Shown in pieces: positions 28,507 through 38,659 of a DNA stretch of 64,000 nt. The translations under genes and the position numbers were made by a program. Each line of letters begins with the position of its first letter. The stretch's first letter is position 1. The notes below the pieces were generated by a model. That model saw only the letters and a program-made list of their open reading frames with translations. It made no database searches and had not been told where the DNA came from. The DNA is from Candidatus Aadella gelida (lineage in GTDB: Bacteria; Omnitrophota; Gorgyraeia; Tantalellales; Tantalellaceae). The stretch spans positions 906-64,905 of the forward strand of contig JAVCDB010000106.1 in assembly GCA_030765205.1 (NCBI GenBank), in the 5' to 3' direction.

Positions 28507-29581
28507 TAAGGGCAGATCTTACCGGAAGCTCGGGAATGTCCTCGACGACTTCCACTTTTCCAATGCGGCGAGGAAGAATCAACCTGGTTGTTCCGGAAAC
28601 GAATTTTTTGTCATAGGAATAGGCCTTCATAACCTCTTCTACCCCCACCTTTTGAATACGTTCCGGCAGACCTATCTTTTTAAGAAGAGCCTTCATTCGT
28701 ATGAACTCTTTTTCTTTTAGCATATCGAACCTTAACGCTATCTCCCCGGCAAGGATCATGCCCAGAGCCACAGCTTCTCCATGATTATATTTTTTCGAAT
28801 AACCCGCAGCGGCCTCAATCGCATGACCTAAAGTGTGTCCGAAATTCAACATTATCCTGACGTCTTTCTCATCCCTCTCGTCTTTTTCAACTATCCGGGC
28901 CTTCATTTTCACACAATCATAAATGATCTTCTCAATAGCTTGTTTATTGAGCTTCAATATTTTTTCTGTATTACCTTCGAGAAAAGTAAAAAATTCTTTA
29001 CTTGATATCATTCCATATTTTACAACTTCTCCCATCCCATTGCATATCTGCCGTTTTGGCAGGGTTTTCAGAAAATCTGTATCAGCAATAACTATTTTAG
29101 GCTGATAAAATGCTCCTACGAGATTTTTCGCTTCAGGGAGATCCACTCCAACCTTTCCTCCTACTGAAGAATCAACCTGCGCCAATAAAGTGGTAGGAAT
29201 CTGTACTAAAGGCACTCCCCGCCTATATGTAGAAGCAACAAAACCGGCCAAATCGCCGATAACTCCTCCGCCTATGGCAACCACCAGGGGACGGTGTCTC
29301 TTGGTCCTTTTTCCTATCTTTTGAATAACATCACGGAAGACATCAATAGATTTTGATTTCTCCTCTCCGGGAACAGTTATGCTAAACTGATCATTTGGCA
29401 GTTTATTCAATACGGGACATATCTTATGTTTAGCCTTTTTCCAAACCGTCCTATCAGCCACTATAGCTATAGGACCCTTGAAATTCATTTCTTTAATGAC
29501 TTCAGGCAAGTGAGCAAACGAATTGGATCCTATGATAATATCATACGATCTCTTTTTTAATTTGAGTATTATCTTCTTCAT
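28490..29581 (-). CDS. aroB: 3-dehydroquinate synthase
   Basis: GGGVIGDLAGFVA NAD-binding glycine motif and metal-binding His residues; 363 aa. Confidence 0.88.
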   Translation of the reverse strand: MKKIILKLKKRSYDIIIGSNSFAHLPEVIKEMNFKGPIAIVADRTVWKKAKHKICPVLNKLPNDQFSITVPGEEKSKSIDVFRDVIQKIGKRTKRHRPLVVAIGGGVIGDLAGFVASTYRRGVPLVQIPTTLLAQVDSSVGGKVGVDLPEAKNLVGAFYQPKIVIADTDFLKTLPKRQICNGMGEVVKYGMISSKEFFTFLEGNTEKILKLNKQAIEKIIYDCVKMKARIVEKDERDEKDVRIMLNFGHTLGHAIEAAAGYSKKYNHGEAVALGMILAGEIALRFDMLKEKEFIRMKALLKKIGLPERIQKVGVEEVMKAYSYDKKFVSGTTRLILPRRIGKVEVVEDIPELPVRSALSEYVE

Positions 29582-29641
29582 AGTAAGTGAAATATAGCAT
29601 ATAACCGGTAAAAAGGCAAAAAAATCACCATTGACATGATG

Positions 29642-30373
29642 TTACTGGTAAGATTGGATCAAGGCTGCGGGAAACCCAATGTCTTTAATGCTTATCTCTC
29701 CCGACACTTCCGGCCCATCGCCACAAAAGAACCCTATTTTAGGTAAACCAAAAGTTATGGTTTTATGGGCCTCTATACATCCTGGAGCTGCATATCCAGT
29801 AGTCGCATCCAACCCTGAAGGAATGTCTACCGCATAAAGCCTTGAATTTGAACTATTTATCCTAGAAAAGACAGTCCTGTATTCCTCAGGCAGCTCTCCC
29901 CTGAACCCTGTCCCAAAGACAGAATCGATAGCTATGGTAAAATTCGCTTCTTTATCCGCTCTTGAGGTAAAATTTTCTATAGGCTTGATCTTTATTCCCA
30001 TGTTTTTTGCAAGAATAAGATTATCTTCTGCTGATCCCGCCCTAATGCTTCCCTGATATATCGTGTATACCACCAAGTCACCGACCCCATGGTTAGCAAG
30101 ATGTCTTGCCGCCACAAAACCGTCTCCACCGTTATTTCCCTTACCGCAAAAAACAGCTATTCTTTCATTCTCTAGTGACTCAATGTCGGTTATAACGGCT
30201 TCAGCAACCGCACGGCCCGCATTTTCCATGAGAAAGGCTTGTTCTATCCCAAACTCTTCTTGGGCCCGCCTGTCTATCTCAGACATTATTTCCGCAGAAA
30301 CCGGTTTCATCATGCTCCTGATACTAGGATAAAAGAAATTGACCAGCTCCGTAATTCCGGACCTGGTCAACAT
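29642..30373 (-). CDS. NAD(P)H-hydrate epimerase (YjeF N-terminal domain)
   Basis: GKGNNGGDG motif. Confidence 0.8.
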   Translation of the reverse strand: MLTRSGITELVNFFYPSIRSMMKPVSAEIMSEIDRRAQEEFGIEQAFLMENAGRAVAEAVITDIESLENERIAVFCGKGNNGGDGFVAARHLANHGVGDLVVYTIYQGSIRAGSAEDNLILAKNMGIKIKPIENFTSRADKEANFTIAIDSVFGTGFRGELPEEYRTVFSRINSSNSRLYAVDIPSGLDATTGYAAPGCIEAHKTITFGLPKIGFFCGDGPEVSGEISIKDIGFPAALIQSYQ

Positions 30374-30401
30374 TATACGCTTTGAAACATTTTAGATCTG
30401 T

Positions 30402-30722
30402 CTATTTAACTGGAGCTCCTGCCACTACATCAGGTCCCGGAGAAAGAAGAACTGGACCGTTTTCTCCGCTAACCGCCAGAAGCATACCATTCGAACTTTC
30501 TCCTCTTATGACCGCTGGCTCCAGATTGTTCACAATGATTATTTTCTTACCAATAAGATCACTTTCAGAATACGTACCGCGAATGCCAGCTACTATTTGT
30601 TTTTCCTCATCCCCCACGTCAATACGAAGAACATACAACTTGTCCGCATCAGGATGTTCTTTAACTTCTTTGATCTCGGCAATTCTCAAGTCAATATCTT
30701 TAAAATCCTTAAAACTTATCAT
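30402..30722 (-). CDS. tRNA-binding protein (CsaA / EMAP-type OB fold)
   Basis: DLRIAEIKEVKEHPDADKLYVLRIDVG motif; 106 aa. Confidence 0.75.
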   Translation of the reverse strand: MISFKDFKDIDLRIAEIKEVKEHPDADKLYVLRIDVGDEEKQIVAGIRGTYSESDLIGKKIIIVNNLEPAVIRGESSNGMLLAVSGENGPVLLSPGPDVVAGAPVK

Positions 30723-30724
30723 TA

Positions 30725-31018
30725 TTAAGCCTTTTTACCGGCTCCCTTCTTTTCGGCAGCTGGTGCAGCAGCTGTATCCTTTGCAGGAGCACCTGCTTCA
30801 GCTTCTGGAGTCTCTGCTCCTTCTTCTCCCTCTGCGGGATCTTTAGCCTTTTTGACCTTAAACTTGATACGTTTTACTTTGGGAATCTTATACACGGAAT
30901 CCTTCTCAAAATCCCATTTTTCTTTTTCTGTAAGCTCCTTGATCTTTTCAAATCGCTTAAGTACAGATCGAAATTTCCCACTCAAACTGCTTCCCTTTAA
31001 ACTAGGATGTTGACTCAT
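30725..31018 (-). CDS. Possible divergent ribosomal protein bS21 with an Ala/Lys/Glu-rich C-terminal extension
   Basis: Weak match to bS21 (KFRSVLKRFEK...FEKDS versus ALRRFKR...FYEKPS); the tail is low-complexity. Confidence 0.35.
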   Translation of the reverse strand: MSQHPSLKGSSLSGKFRSVLKRFEKIKELTEKEKWDFEKDSVYKIPKVKRIKFKVKKAKDPAEGEEGAETPEAEAGAPAKDTAAAPAAEKKGAGKKA

Positions 31019-31199
31019 TTTTTCTCCTTATTGAACGTACAGATACCGCTTCTAAAAACATCCTGAATGTTCCTGACGTCGGTTACTGTCTTTTTTATCT
31101 CTCTCTCTCTTTTCTTCGTGCTTTGTCTTTTCCCTCGCAAGCCCCACTATGGGTAGTGTTAGATTGTAATTGAAAAACCCTGCTTGGTCAAGCACGATT

Positions 31200-31880
31200 T
31201 TATCGATTGGTCTTTTTTATATAACAATCCTTATACTCTTCAGTAAGAGTTTTCTGCGCCTCTTTTGCTTCATCTATTGTACGGTAGCCTTCCGTATAGA
31301 CCTGATACCATCCTCCACGTTTAGCCATATTAGCAACTAGACCTCTCTCTTTTAGATCTTTGGCCTCATCTTTTGCAGTCCCTTCATTCTTAAAAGACGC
31401 TAGCTGCAGCGTGTAAACTGTTTCAGATACATCACTTACCTCGCCAAGAGAAGGTTCTACCTCAAGCGGGCTTTTCTCCTCATTTGCAAGATTTACATCT
31501 TTCTCTTCCTGCAGAGGAGTCTGTTCGGAATTCATTTCATCCTTTTTAAAACCCACACTTTCCCCGCCGCTGCCTTGAACCTCATCCCAAAGTTGTATGG
31601 GAATATCTCTCCCAACTCCCGCATCTTTTACCCTGACCCTTTTGCCTGTTTCCACCCCAACAGCATATGCTACTACCACAAACAAAAGTACACCGATCGA
31701 GATTATTACCGTATATTCCAAAGGAATTCGTATAACCGGAAGAAATCTTTGCCGAGGATACTGTTTAAACCTTCTCAGCATCTTACTCTTTTCTTTCTCG
31801 AAATCCTGATCAAATAGATCTATTTTAATTTTGTCTTCACTCATGAGTTTATATTTTAGTTTGCCACACACAAATTGCAA
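31200..31880 (-). CDS. SPOR-domain membrane protein (septal peptidoglycan-binding; DedD/FtsN-like)
   Basis: TM segment plus a C-terminal SPOR motif (YTLQLASFKNEGTAKDEAKDLKERG...GWYQVYTEGY). Start codon uncertain. Confidence 0.7.
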   Translation of the reverse strand: MQFVCGKLKYKLMSEDKIKIDLFDQDFEKEKSKMLRRFKQYPRQRFLPVIRIPLEYTVIISIGVLLFVVVAYAVGVETGKRVRVKDAGVGRDIPIQLWDEVQGSGGESVGFKKDEMNSEQTPLQEEKDVNLANEEKSPLEVEPSLGEVSDVSETVYTLQLASFKNEGTAKDEAKDLKERGLVANMAKRGGWYQVYTEGYRTIDEAKEAQKTLTEEYKDCYIKKTNR

Positions 31881-31889
31881 ATATAAGAA

Positions 31890-32564
31890 TTATTTCGATG
31901 TGAGTTTATATATAGCAAATAAGAAAGCCGGGTTTCCCTTATAATCGATTACAGTTGAATACCATCCGTCCTCGTCCTCGGAAAGAACATTGTCTCTGAC
32001 GCCTTCCTCTAACTGATCGGTTATTTCAGGAGAGAACGATATCGTAATATCTACTTCTATTTCATCCCTGGTGTCATAATACTCATATTTCCCTCCAATA
32101 CGAACATCGTCGGAATCCGCCTTGAAATCATAAATCTTGATCTTGTTCTTACTCAAGTAGAAAGAGAAGAATATTTCTTTGTACTTCCTGTTGCAATCAA
32201 ACGGCATGAAGAACAAGTTTTCCAGAGACTTTTCCTGCGAAGCTTCTTCCTTCCCGAATAAGAACGAAACTCCTCTCATCCTGCAATAACCCTCTACCTT
32301 TTCATTCTTTATGATACTTTTTGTTGAGACTCCGTACTCGACACTATCCGCACTCACAGTTAGATCTTTTACCGGGAGAGTAACTTCAATGTTATTAAAA
32401 CGTCCTTTGCCGACGGATTCAATATCAAACCCGGAATAAGATACCTGATAATCAGTAAAACGATTAACAGAGAATTCTATTATATCCCCAAGGAAGATCA
32501 CACCGCAACATACAATAGACAATAAAATAATGAAAATAGCAGCGATTATAACTATTTTTTTCAT
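31890..32564 (-). CDS. Hypothetical membrane-anchored or secreted protein (224 aa)
   Basis: N-terminal hydrophobic segment; no recognised family. Confidence 0.4.
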   Translation of the reverse strand: MKKIVIIAAIFIILLSIVCCGVIFLGDIIEFSVNRFTDYQVSYSGFDIESVGKGRFNNIEVTLPVKDLTVSADSVEYGVSTKSIIKNEKVEGYCRMRGVSFLFGKEEASQEKSLENLFFMPFDCNRKYKEIFFSFYLSKNKIKIYDFKADSDDVRIGGKYEYYDTRDEIEVDITISFSPEITDQLEEGVRDNVLSEDEDGWYSTVIDYKGNPAFLFAIYKLTSK

Positions 32565-34060
32565 CTGACGCCAAGCTCTTTATCCAGCAATTTTCGAACA
32601 TCTTTCCTGTTTATAGCCTCACACAGGGCTTGTACTATTGCAGGATCGAATTGTTTTCCTGCGCTGTTTCTTATTTCTTTTATAGCATTATTGAGAGGAC
32701 GTGCCTTTCTATAAGGTTTTTCAGTTATAAGCACCTCAAACACGCTTATAACCGCAAGCATACGCGCAGCCAACGGAATATCTTTCCCCTTTAGACCTTT
32801 AGGGTACCCCTTACCGTCAAATCTTTCATGATGATATAGAATTATAGGCACAATAGGTTTGAGTGGTTTAAATTTCGAGAGTATTGCCGCTCCTGTCATA
32901 GGATGCTTCTTTATAATATCGTATTCATTCCCTGTAAGTTCCCCTTTCTTCATCAAAACCCGTTCCGGGATCCCTATCTGGCCGGCATCATGTAACATAG
33001 CCGCATACTGCAACATCAGTATCTCCCTTTCGTTCATCTTGAACTTAGGTCCGATAATACTTATCAGTTTTCCGAACGAAGCTTCGGCTCTCTGCGTTCC
33101 ATGGGGCCGGTTCTGCAATAATCTTGCGATACATTTTATACTACTTGTAGTAAGATCCGCTTGCTCTTTATACAGTTGTGCGTTCTTTATAGCGACTGCA
33201 GCTTGTTCCGCTAACGTCTTCATTATCTCCTGATCCGGCAATGTGAATTCCTTGTCTTCAAACTTATCATATAAAGTTATGACCCCGACAACATCTTCAT
33301 CTATCATAGGAACAGCAAGATAATTCTTTGACCGGACGGGCCCTCCTTTTTTAACGGCCCTTCCCGGAGCGTACTTCCCTATCTGGACCTTCTTCAATTT
33401 GGTCTTTTCTTTTCTGAGATCAATAGTTGTTTTAGGAATCAGTGCTTTTCTCTTTTTATCCACGAGTTTTATAGAACATCTGTTAGCCTTTATTACTTGT
33501 AAAGATAGGCGAGCTATACGCGGCAGAAGTTCGTTGAGATCGAGTGCGGATGTCATCAGTCTGTGCAGAGTATGTACCGTAGAAAGCGCCACGGCTCTTG
33601 GGCGGATATTCTCGTTAGCTTCTTCCAAATCAAAGTTTCTTCTGCTGTCTCGGACAAATGCATCCGTAATAGTAGTGAATATTTTCCCCAAGTCTTTAGT
33701 TAATTTTTTTTCTAATCCACACATAAACACGAATCCGAATATACTTTTATCCGCTATAAGAGGATAACATGCACCGTAAGAACGCCTGCCACATTTAAAA
33801 TATTTCAGACTTCTTGAATCTCTTGTATCTCTTATTGTTTTGATAAGACCGAAAATCTCTTTGCGTATATTCTTTTTATCCGTTCCTGCTCTTTCCAAGC
33901 ATTTGGATATACCTGTCTCTTTAACTCCCTTATAAGTCACAATAGATGCAGCAGACATTAGGATCCAATCGGGTCCCCCGAGATAAGCGCCTAAAGCTTT
34001 TATTTCTTCTCGAGAACACCACCGATTTTTAATTACATCAAATAATTCGTTATATTCCAT
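32561..34060 (-). CDS. HD-GYP c-di-GMP phosphodiesterase with an N-terminal GAF-like sensor region
   Basis: HDAGQIGIP...HHERFDGKGYPKGL motifs. Confidence 0.85.
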   Translation of the reverse strand: MEYNELFDVIKNRWCSREEIKALGAYLGGPDWILMSAASIVTYKGVKETGISKCLERAGTDKKNIRKEIFGLIKTIRDTRDSRSLKYFKCGRRSYGACYPLIADKSIFGFVFMCGLEKKLTKDLGKIFTTITDAFVRDSRRNFDLEEANENIRPRAVALSTVHTLHRLMTSALDLNELLPRIARLSLQVIKANRCSIKLVDKKRKALIPKTTIDLRKEKTKLKKVQIGKYAPGRAVKKGGPVRSKNYLAVPMIDEDVVGVITLYDKFEDKEFTLPDQEIMKTLAEQAAVAIKNAQLYKEQADLTTSSIKCIARLLQNRPHGTQRAEASFGKLISIIGPKFKMNEREILMLQYAAMLHDAGQIGIPERVLMKKGELTGNEYDIIKKHPMTGAAILSKFKPLKPIVPIILYHHERFDGKGYPKGLKGKDIPLAARMLAVISVFEVLITEKPYRKARPLNNAIKEIRNSAGKQFDPAIVQALCEAINRKDVRKLLDKELGVR

Positions 34061-34081
34061 ACAATATCCTATCTCTTTTCT

Positions 34082-35236
34082 TTACACCCTCTCGTACGGT
34101 TCAAAAAACATCTTATATTGATCCAGAGCATATCTGTCGGTCATACCAGCCATATAATCACATATTACCCTAAACTTATCCTCACCCTTGACTCTCTCCA
34201 AATATTGAGGCGGTAACTGTTCGGGATTATTAAGGTACTCCCCGAATAGGCTTGTTAAAAACCGAGAAGCTTTTTTCGACATTTTTATGACCCTGTAATG
34301 TTTATACAATTTTTCTTCGAGATTCTTCTTAAATTCTATACGTTTTGTATTAAGCTCTCCGCTGAACGCTATTACATTCTCCTCAATTTTATCTATATCC
34401 TCAACTTCTCTGATGCCAAACTCTTCAATTCTTTTAAATGATGTGTCAATAATGTCGGATACCTGCTTATTGATAAGATACCGCACTATTTGGGCCCTTC
34501 CGGTACTTTTATCAATATCCGGAGGTGAGTTCTTTTCGTTAAAAAGAACGGCTTCATCCCACATAGCCGTTCCTGCAAGATCTTTCCCTGACAATAATCC
34601 GCTTTTGAGTCCGTCATCCAGATCATGATTATCATATGCTATTTCATCAGCAATATTTACTACCTGTATCTCTAAAAGATTAGGACCCGGAACGTTCTGA
34701 TCTCCCATACGTTTTTGATCGAACGGTGTGGAATGACGTATGATCCCCCTCCGAACTTCTTCTGAAAGGTTAAGTCCGCAAAATTTTGGATACCTCTTTT
34801 CCAGTTTATCAACTACACGTAATCCATGTGTATTATGATCGAATCCCCCATGATCTTTCATGAGCTTTGCAAGCGTATCTTCCCCGGAATGCCCGAAAGG
34901 TGTATGCCCCAGATCATGCGCTAAAGCGATAGCCTCTACAAGGTCTTCATTCAATTTTAATGTGCGTGCAATAGTACGCGCGATCTGCGCGACCTCTAAA
35001 GTATGAGTGAGTCTCGTGCGGTAATAGTCACCTTCGTGATTAACAAATACCTGCGTCTTATACTCCAACCTACGGAAAGCTGTAGAATATACTATCCTAT
35101 CCTTATCCCTCTGATATGCAGAACGATAAGGATGCTCCTCTTCGTCATATTGCCGTCCTCTTGTATTGCTACTCTTCATAGCATAGGACGCGAGGATTAA
35201 ATTTTCTTTTTTTTCTATCTCATTTCTATAAATCAT
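34082..35236 (-). CDS. dgt: dGTP triphosphohydrolase-like HD-domain protein
   Basis: HSLEVAQIAR...HDLGHTPFGH motifs. Confidence 0.85.
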   Translation of the reverse strand: MIYRNEIEKKENLILASYAMKSSNTRGRQYDEEEHPYRSAYQRDKDRIVYSTAFRRLEYKTQVFVNHEGDYYRTRLTHTLEVAQIARTIARTLKLNEDLVEAIALAHDLGHTPFGHSGEDTLAKLMKDHGGFDHNTHGLRVVDKLEKRYPKFCGLNLSEEVRRGIIRHSTPFDQKRMGDQNVPGPNLLEIQVVNIADEIAYDNHDLDDGLKSGLLSGKDLAGTAMWDEAVLFNEKNSPPDIDKSTGRAQIVRYLINKQVSDIIDTSFKRIEEFGIREVEDIDKIEENVIAFSGELNTKRIEFKKNLEEKLYKHYRVIKMSKKASRFLTSLFGEYLNNPEQLPPQYLERVKGEDKFRVICDYMAGMTDRYALDQYKMFFEPYERV

Positions 35237-35269
35237 CTTATAAAAAAATATCAGTTCCTTTCCCTATTA

Positions 35270-36247
35270 TTATTTTACAAAGTATAATATCACAAACCCT
35301 ATGAAACCAATAGCAAAAATTAAACCTGTATCCCAGTTAATTCTCCTGTTTTTAGCCTTTTTACTCAATAGTCCTACAACAGCAATAGCTGAAAGAACAA
35401 GCACAAGAATAGTAGCTATCACCTGTCCCGTTGTCAAAAGACATAATATGGGACTATCTGTCAGGAAATCCAGTAAAGGAATAATACAAACATCGAACAA
35501 ATTGCTACCTAACACATTCCCCACAGCCATATCCACGGATCCTGCACGAAAAGCCGCAAAAGAAACTATTATCTCCGGCAATGAAGTGGCAACTCCAAGT
35601 ATCAATGTCCCTGTAAAGGTCTGAGATAAATTTGTACTGGAAACTATGCCGTCCCCGATCTTAGCCATCCATACACCCAAAAGGATAACCATCCCAAGAA
35701 ACAAAGTGAACTTTGCCCATACTTTCCATAACGGATCACTCGTTACTCTTCCTTCGCCCACATGACCCGGCGGATGAGCTCTACGCACTTTTTCAAGATA
35801 AGCAAAGTATATGAGGATTATAATAACACTTTCGATCCCGATCTTCCCGAAGACAGAAAATCCGATATTCGACAAATGCATTCCCGCGCCTACCAAAATC
35901 ACAAAACTGACTATAAGCGCAAAAATACCGGTAAGACCGGTAAGGTATGATACCTCTTTTAGTAAACGCCCCTTCTTATAGCATACATCCAGAGCAAACA
36001 ATATCATGAGATTAACAATAACGGACCCCATGATATCCCCGTATCCGAGACCTATCCTCCCGAAAGAACAAACAGCAGTCGTAGATGTGATTATCTCGGG
36101 AAAAGAAGTGGCAACAGCAAGAAAAAACATCCCGATAAGCCCTTCTGAGATCTTGGTCTTCTCGGAGACAATCGCTCCTTCCTTGCATAAATGGTAGGCA
36201 AAATAAGTCAGAAGCGAAGCGCATAAAAGAAATTCAATCCAGATCAT
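35270..36247 (-). CDS. Ca2+/cation antiporter (CaCA family, YrbG-like)
   Basis: Two alpha-repeat GTSFPE/ATSLPE motifs; 10 TM segments. Confidence 0.8.
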   Translation of the reverse strand: MIWIEFLLCASLLTYFAYHLCKEGAIVSEKTKISEGLIGMFFLAVATSFPEIITSTTAVCSFGRIGLGYGDIMGSVIVNLMILFALDVCYKKGRLLKEVSYLTGLTGIFALIVSFVILVGAGMHLSNIGFSVFGKIGIESVIIILIYFAYLEKVRRAHPPGHVGEGRVTSDPLWKVWAKFTLFLGMVILLGVWMAKIGDGIVSSTNLSQTFTGTLILGVATSLPEIIVSFAAFRAGSVDMAVGNVLGSNLFDVCIIPLLDFLTDSPILCLLTTGQVIATILVLVLSAIAVVGLLSKKAKNRRINWDTGLIFAIGFIGFVILYFVK

Positions 36248-36364
36248 AATCTATGTAAAACTTGATTCCCGGGTTGGTTGTATCAATAATGTTATACATG
36301 TTCCAGAACAGATCAAAAAACCTATAAATCGCGACGATCTTCCCTATCTACTATCACAAACAGA

Positions 36365-36856
36365 TTAATCGGCGCAACTGATTATTTCCGCATGAATATC
36401 GTCACCGTCTATTTCGATCATACCGAACGAACATCCCTTCGTACATACCCTGTCGGTTGCGCTTCCGGGATTAAAAAAAAGAACACCATCTATGACTTTG
36501 TTGACAGGCTCGTGTGAATGACCGAATATGATTATATCCGGCTTAGGCGAAAATTCCGTAGCAACATTATCTAACACTTTCAGAGGATGTCCCGATCCGT
36601 GTATAACCCCTATCTTTTTACCAGCTGCCTTAAATGTCAATTTTTTAGAGTAACGATTCTTTATCTCGGAACTATCCATGTTACCCTGAACGACCTTGGT
36701 CTCTGCCATAAGATTTAATTTCTCTATTACGGACTCCTCAACTATATCTCCGGCATGGACTATCAGATCACAATCCTTAAACCGATCGTAAACCTTAGCC
36801 GGCAGATCAAAAGTATTTATTGGTATATGTGTATCGGAGATTACGCCTATTTTCAT
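36365..36856 (-). CDS. YfcE/MJ0936-family metallophosphoesterase
   Basis: MKIGVISDTH...GDIV...GHSH motifs. Confidence 0.8.
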   Translation of the reverse strand: MKIGVISDTHIPINTFDLPAKVYDRFKDCDLIVHAGDIVEESVIEKLNLMAETKVVQGNMDSSEIKNRYSKKLTFKAAGKKIGVIHGSGHPLKVLDNVATEFSPKPDIIIFGHSHEPVNKVIDGVLFFNPGSATDRVCTKGCSFGMIEIDGDDIHAEIISCAD

Positions 36857-38490
36857 TTTACTATTTCAAATTTACCGAAAAGACGCAGGACCACATTGAG
36901 TTGCTTTTGGTCCCAAACCCAGACATTTTGTTCTTTTGCTAAAAGATATGCGTTCTGTTCTATTCCCTTAAGAGGAACAAATATCTTCCTCATGATCTTG
37001 ATATCCTTGTCGGGGAACTTCATGCTCCAAATATCGTGAATATCCTTATCATCAGAAATATCGTTCTGCTTTACATTACAAACCCAAGCTCTCTTGCCTT
37101 TTTTTCCTATGATCTGAAACACCGTATCAGACAATTTCTTTTTCTCAACACTGTCAAATTTAGGCATTTTTTTCATATTCATATTGATCTGCATTTTTTC
37201 GCCGCTAAAACTTTTGAACAGATCATAGATTATATCAGCTGCTTTTTTCTGACTAAAAACACAATATCTTCGGTAGTCATCTGATACTTCCTTCTTAAAC
37301 TCCAGATACTTGATCCCCATATCATCTATCACAGATCGACTCTTCAGATCATAAACATGTTTCAACCAATACTCAAAAAGTTTATCGGCAACGTAATAAA
37401 ATGTCCCGCTATTAAGGACAAGATCCATATCCTGCAATTTTTGAAGATTAAGCCCGGTATCCTTATCAGTTTTCCCGATATGGGCCTGAATGTCCTTAAT
37501 TGTCTGTTTCCCATGTGAGAGCGCCACAAGAATAGGGAGGAACTTCTTCCGGTTTTTTTTCTCAAGAAAAAAGTTAACGTTATTCATGAAATACTGATTA
37601 AGTACTCCGTTGGATTCATATAAAATGTAGGCTAAAGAATCTAAAAGATATTCCTCGTCGTTCTTCTCTCTCGTACTTTCTTTTCTTTTTATCTCCGACA
37701 CTTTCGAAGCCAGGTTCTCTAGATAGAAAGGATTGCCTTGAGTTATTTGGATAAGATAGCTCTTTATATCTTCGGCAATATCTACATCCTTGATTTTCTC
37801 GGACACAAAAGAACGAGCTGTCTGATTATCAAAACCGTCGATCTCAAGAACCTCAAAATTCCCAAAAAGAAGCGACAGTTTTTTAGTCAATATATCTTTT
37901 AGTAAGGATTTCTGAGAACTAGAAACTATATACATGGTATTTTTCTGTACCATGATAAATTTTCCAAAAACCTGAAAAGGTCTTCTAAGCTTGAAATTTG
38001 ACAGATTATGAAACTCGTCAAGAATGACCACACAATTCTTACCGGTCTCCTGTTTGAAAACAGAAGTTATTTCCAAAAGAGTCCCGTAAGCTTCCTCATT
38101 CTTCTTCCCGTCAAGACAGGTTGAGACCTTATCCATAGCACTAACGGTTTTGGGTATCATCCCTTTGGCTTTCATTCTGAGTGATTCAAAATCGTTTTCC
38201 GCCTTTTCCCCTTCAGACCGCAGGTAACGATACATCAAAGCTGCCATGAATTGAGTACAGAAAAAACGAAAATCCACCCCGTCCATTTCAATATACAACG
38301 GAATAACATCGGGGTCTTTGATACTTTTAAGAAAATGTCTTAATATGGAGGATTTACCGGCAAGCATAGGACCCGTAAGAGCGAGATTTTGTCTATACCC
38401 GCCTTTAAGGTCTGTAACTCTCTTCTGTAAAGTTCCGACCACTTCTTCCCGGCCGAACAACTTTTTACCGAAAACTGGTTCAATAAACAT
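36853..38490 (-). CDS. AAA+ ATPase of archaeal ATPase (Arch_ATPase) type with a C-terminal DUF234-like region
   Basis: Walker A GPMLAGKSS, Walker B VVILDEFH; 545 aa. Overlaps the esterase gene by 4 bp. Confidence 0.6.
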   Translation of the reverse strand: MFIEPVFGKKLFGREEVVGTLQKRVTDLKGGYRQNLALTGPMLAGKSSILRHFLKSIKDPDVIPLYIEMDGVDFRFFCTQFMAALMYRYLRSEGEKAENDFESLRMKAKGMIPKTVSAMDKVSTCLDGKKNEEAYGTLLEITSVFKQETGKNCVVILDEFHNLSNFKLRRPFQVFGKFIMVQKNTMYIVSSSQKSLLKDILTKKLSLLFGNFEVLEIDGFDNQTARSFVSEKIKDVDIAEDIKSYLIQITQGNPFYLENLASKVSEIKRKESTREKNDEEYLLDSLAYILYESNGVLNQYFMNNVNFFLEKKNRKKFLPILVALSHGKQTIKDIQAHIGKTDKDTGLNLQKLQDMDLVLNSGTFYYVADKLFEYWLKHVYDLKSRSVIDDMGIKYLEFKKEVSDDYRRYCVFSQKKAADIIYDLFKSFSGEKMQINMNMKKMPKFDSVEKKKLSDTVFQIIGKKGKRAWVCNVKQNDISDDKDIHDIWSMKFPDKDIKIMRKIFVPLKGIEQNAYLLAKEQNVWVWDQKQLNVVLRLFGKFEIVK

Positions 38491-38659
38491 AAGAAGGAAA
38501 TCTCAAATAATTATGAATAATAACGAATAAAATACCGCAATAAATAAACGGGTTAGTTATTAAAAACCAAGAACACATCTTATATTATCCCCCCACCCAA
38601 GTCAATATATATATTAAAATAAATGCCACACTTTCAAGCCCAATTTCCCTTGACAAAAT

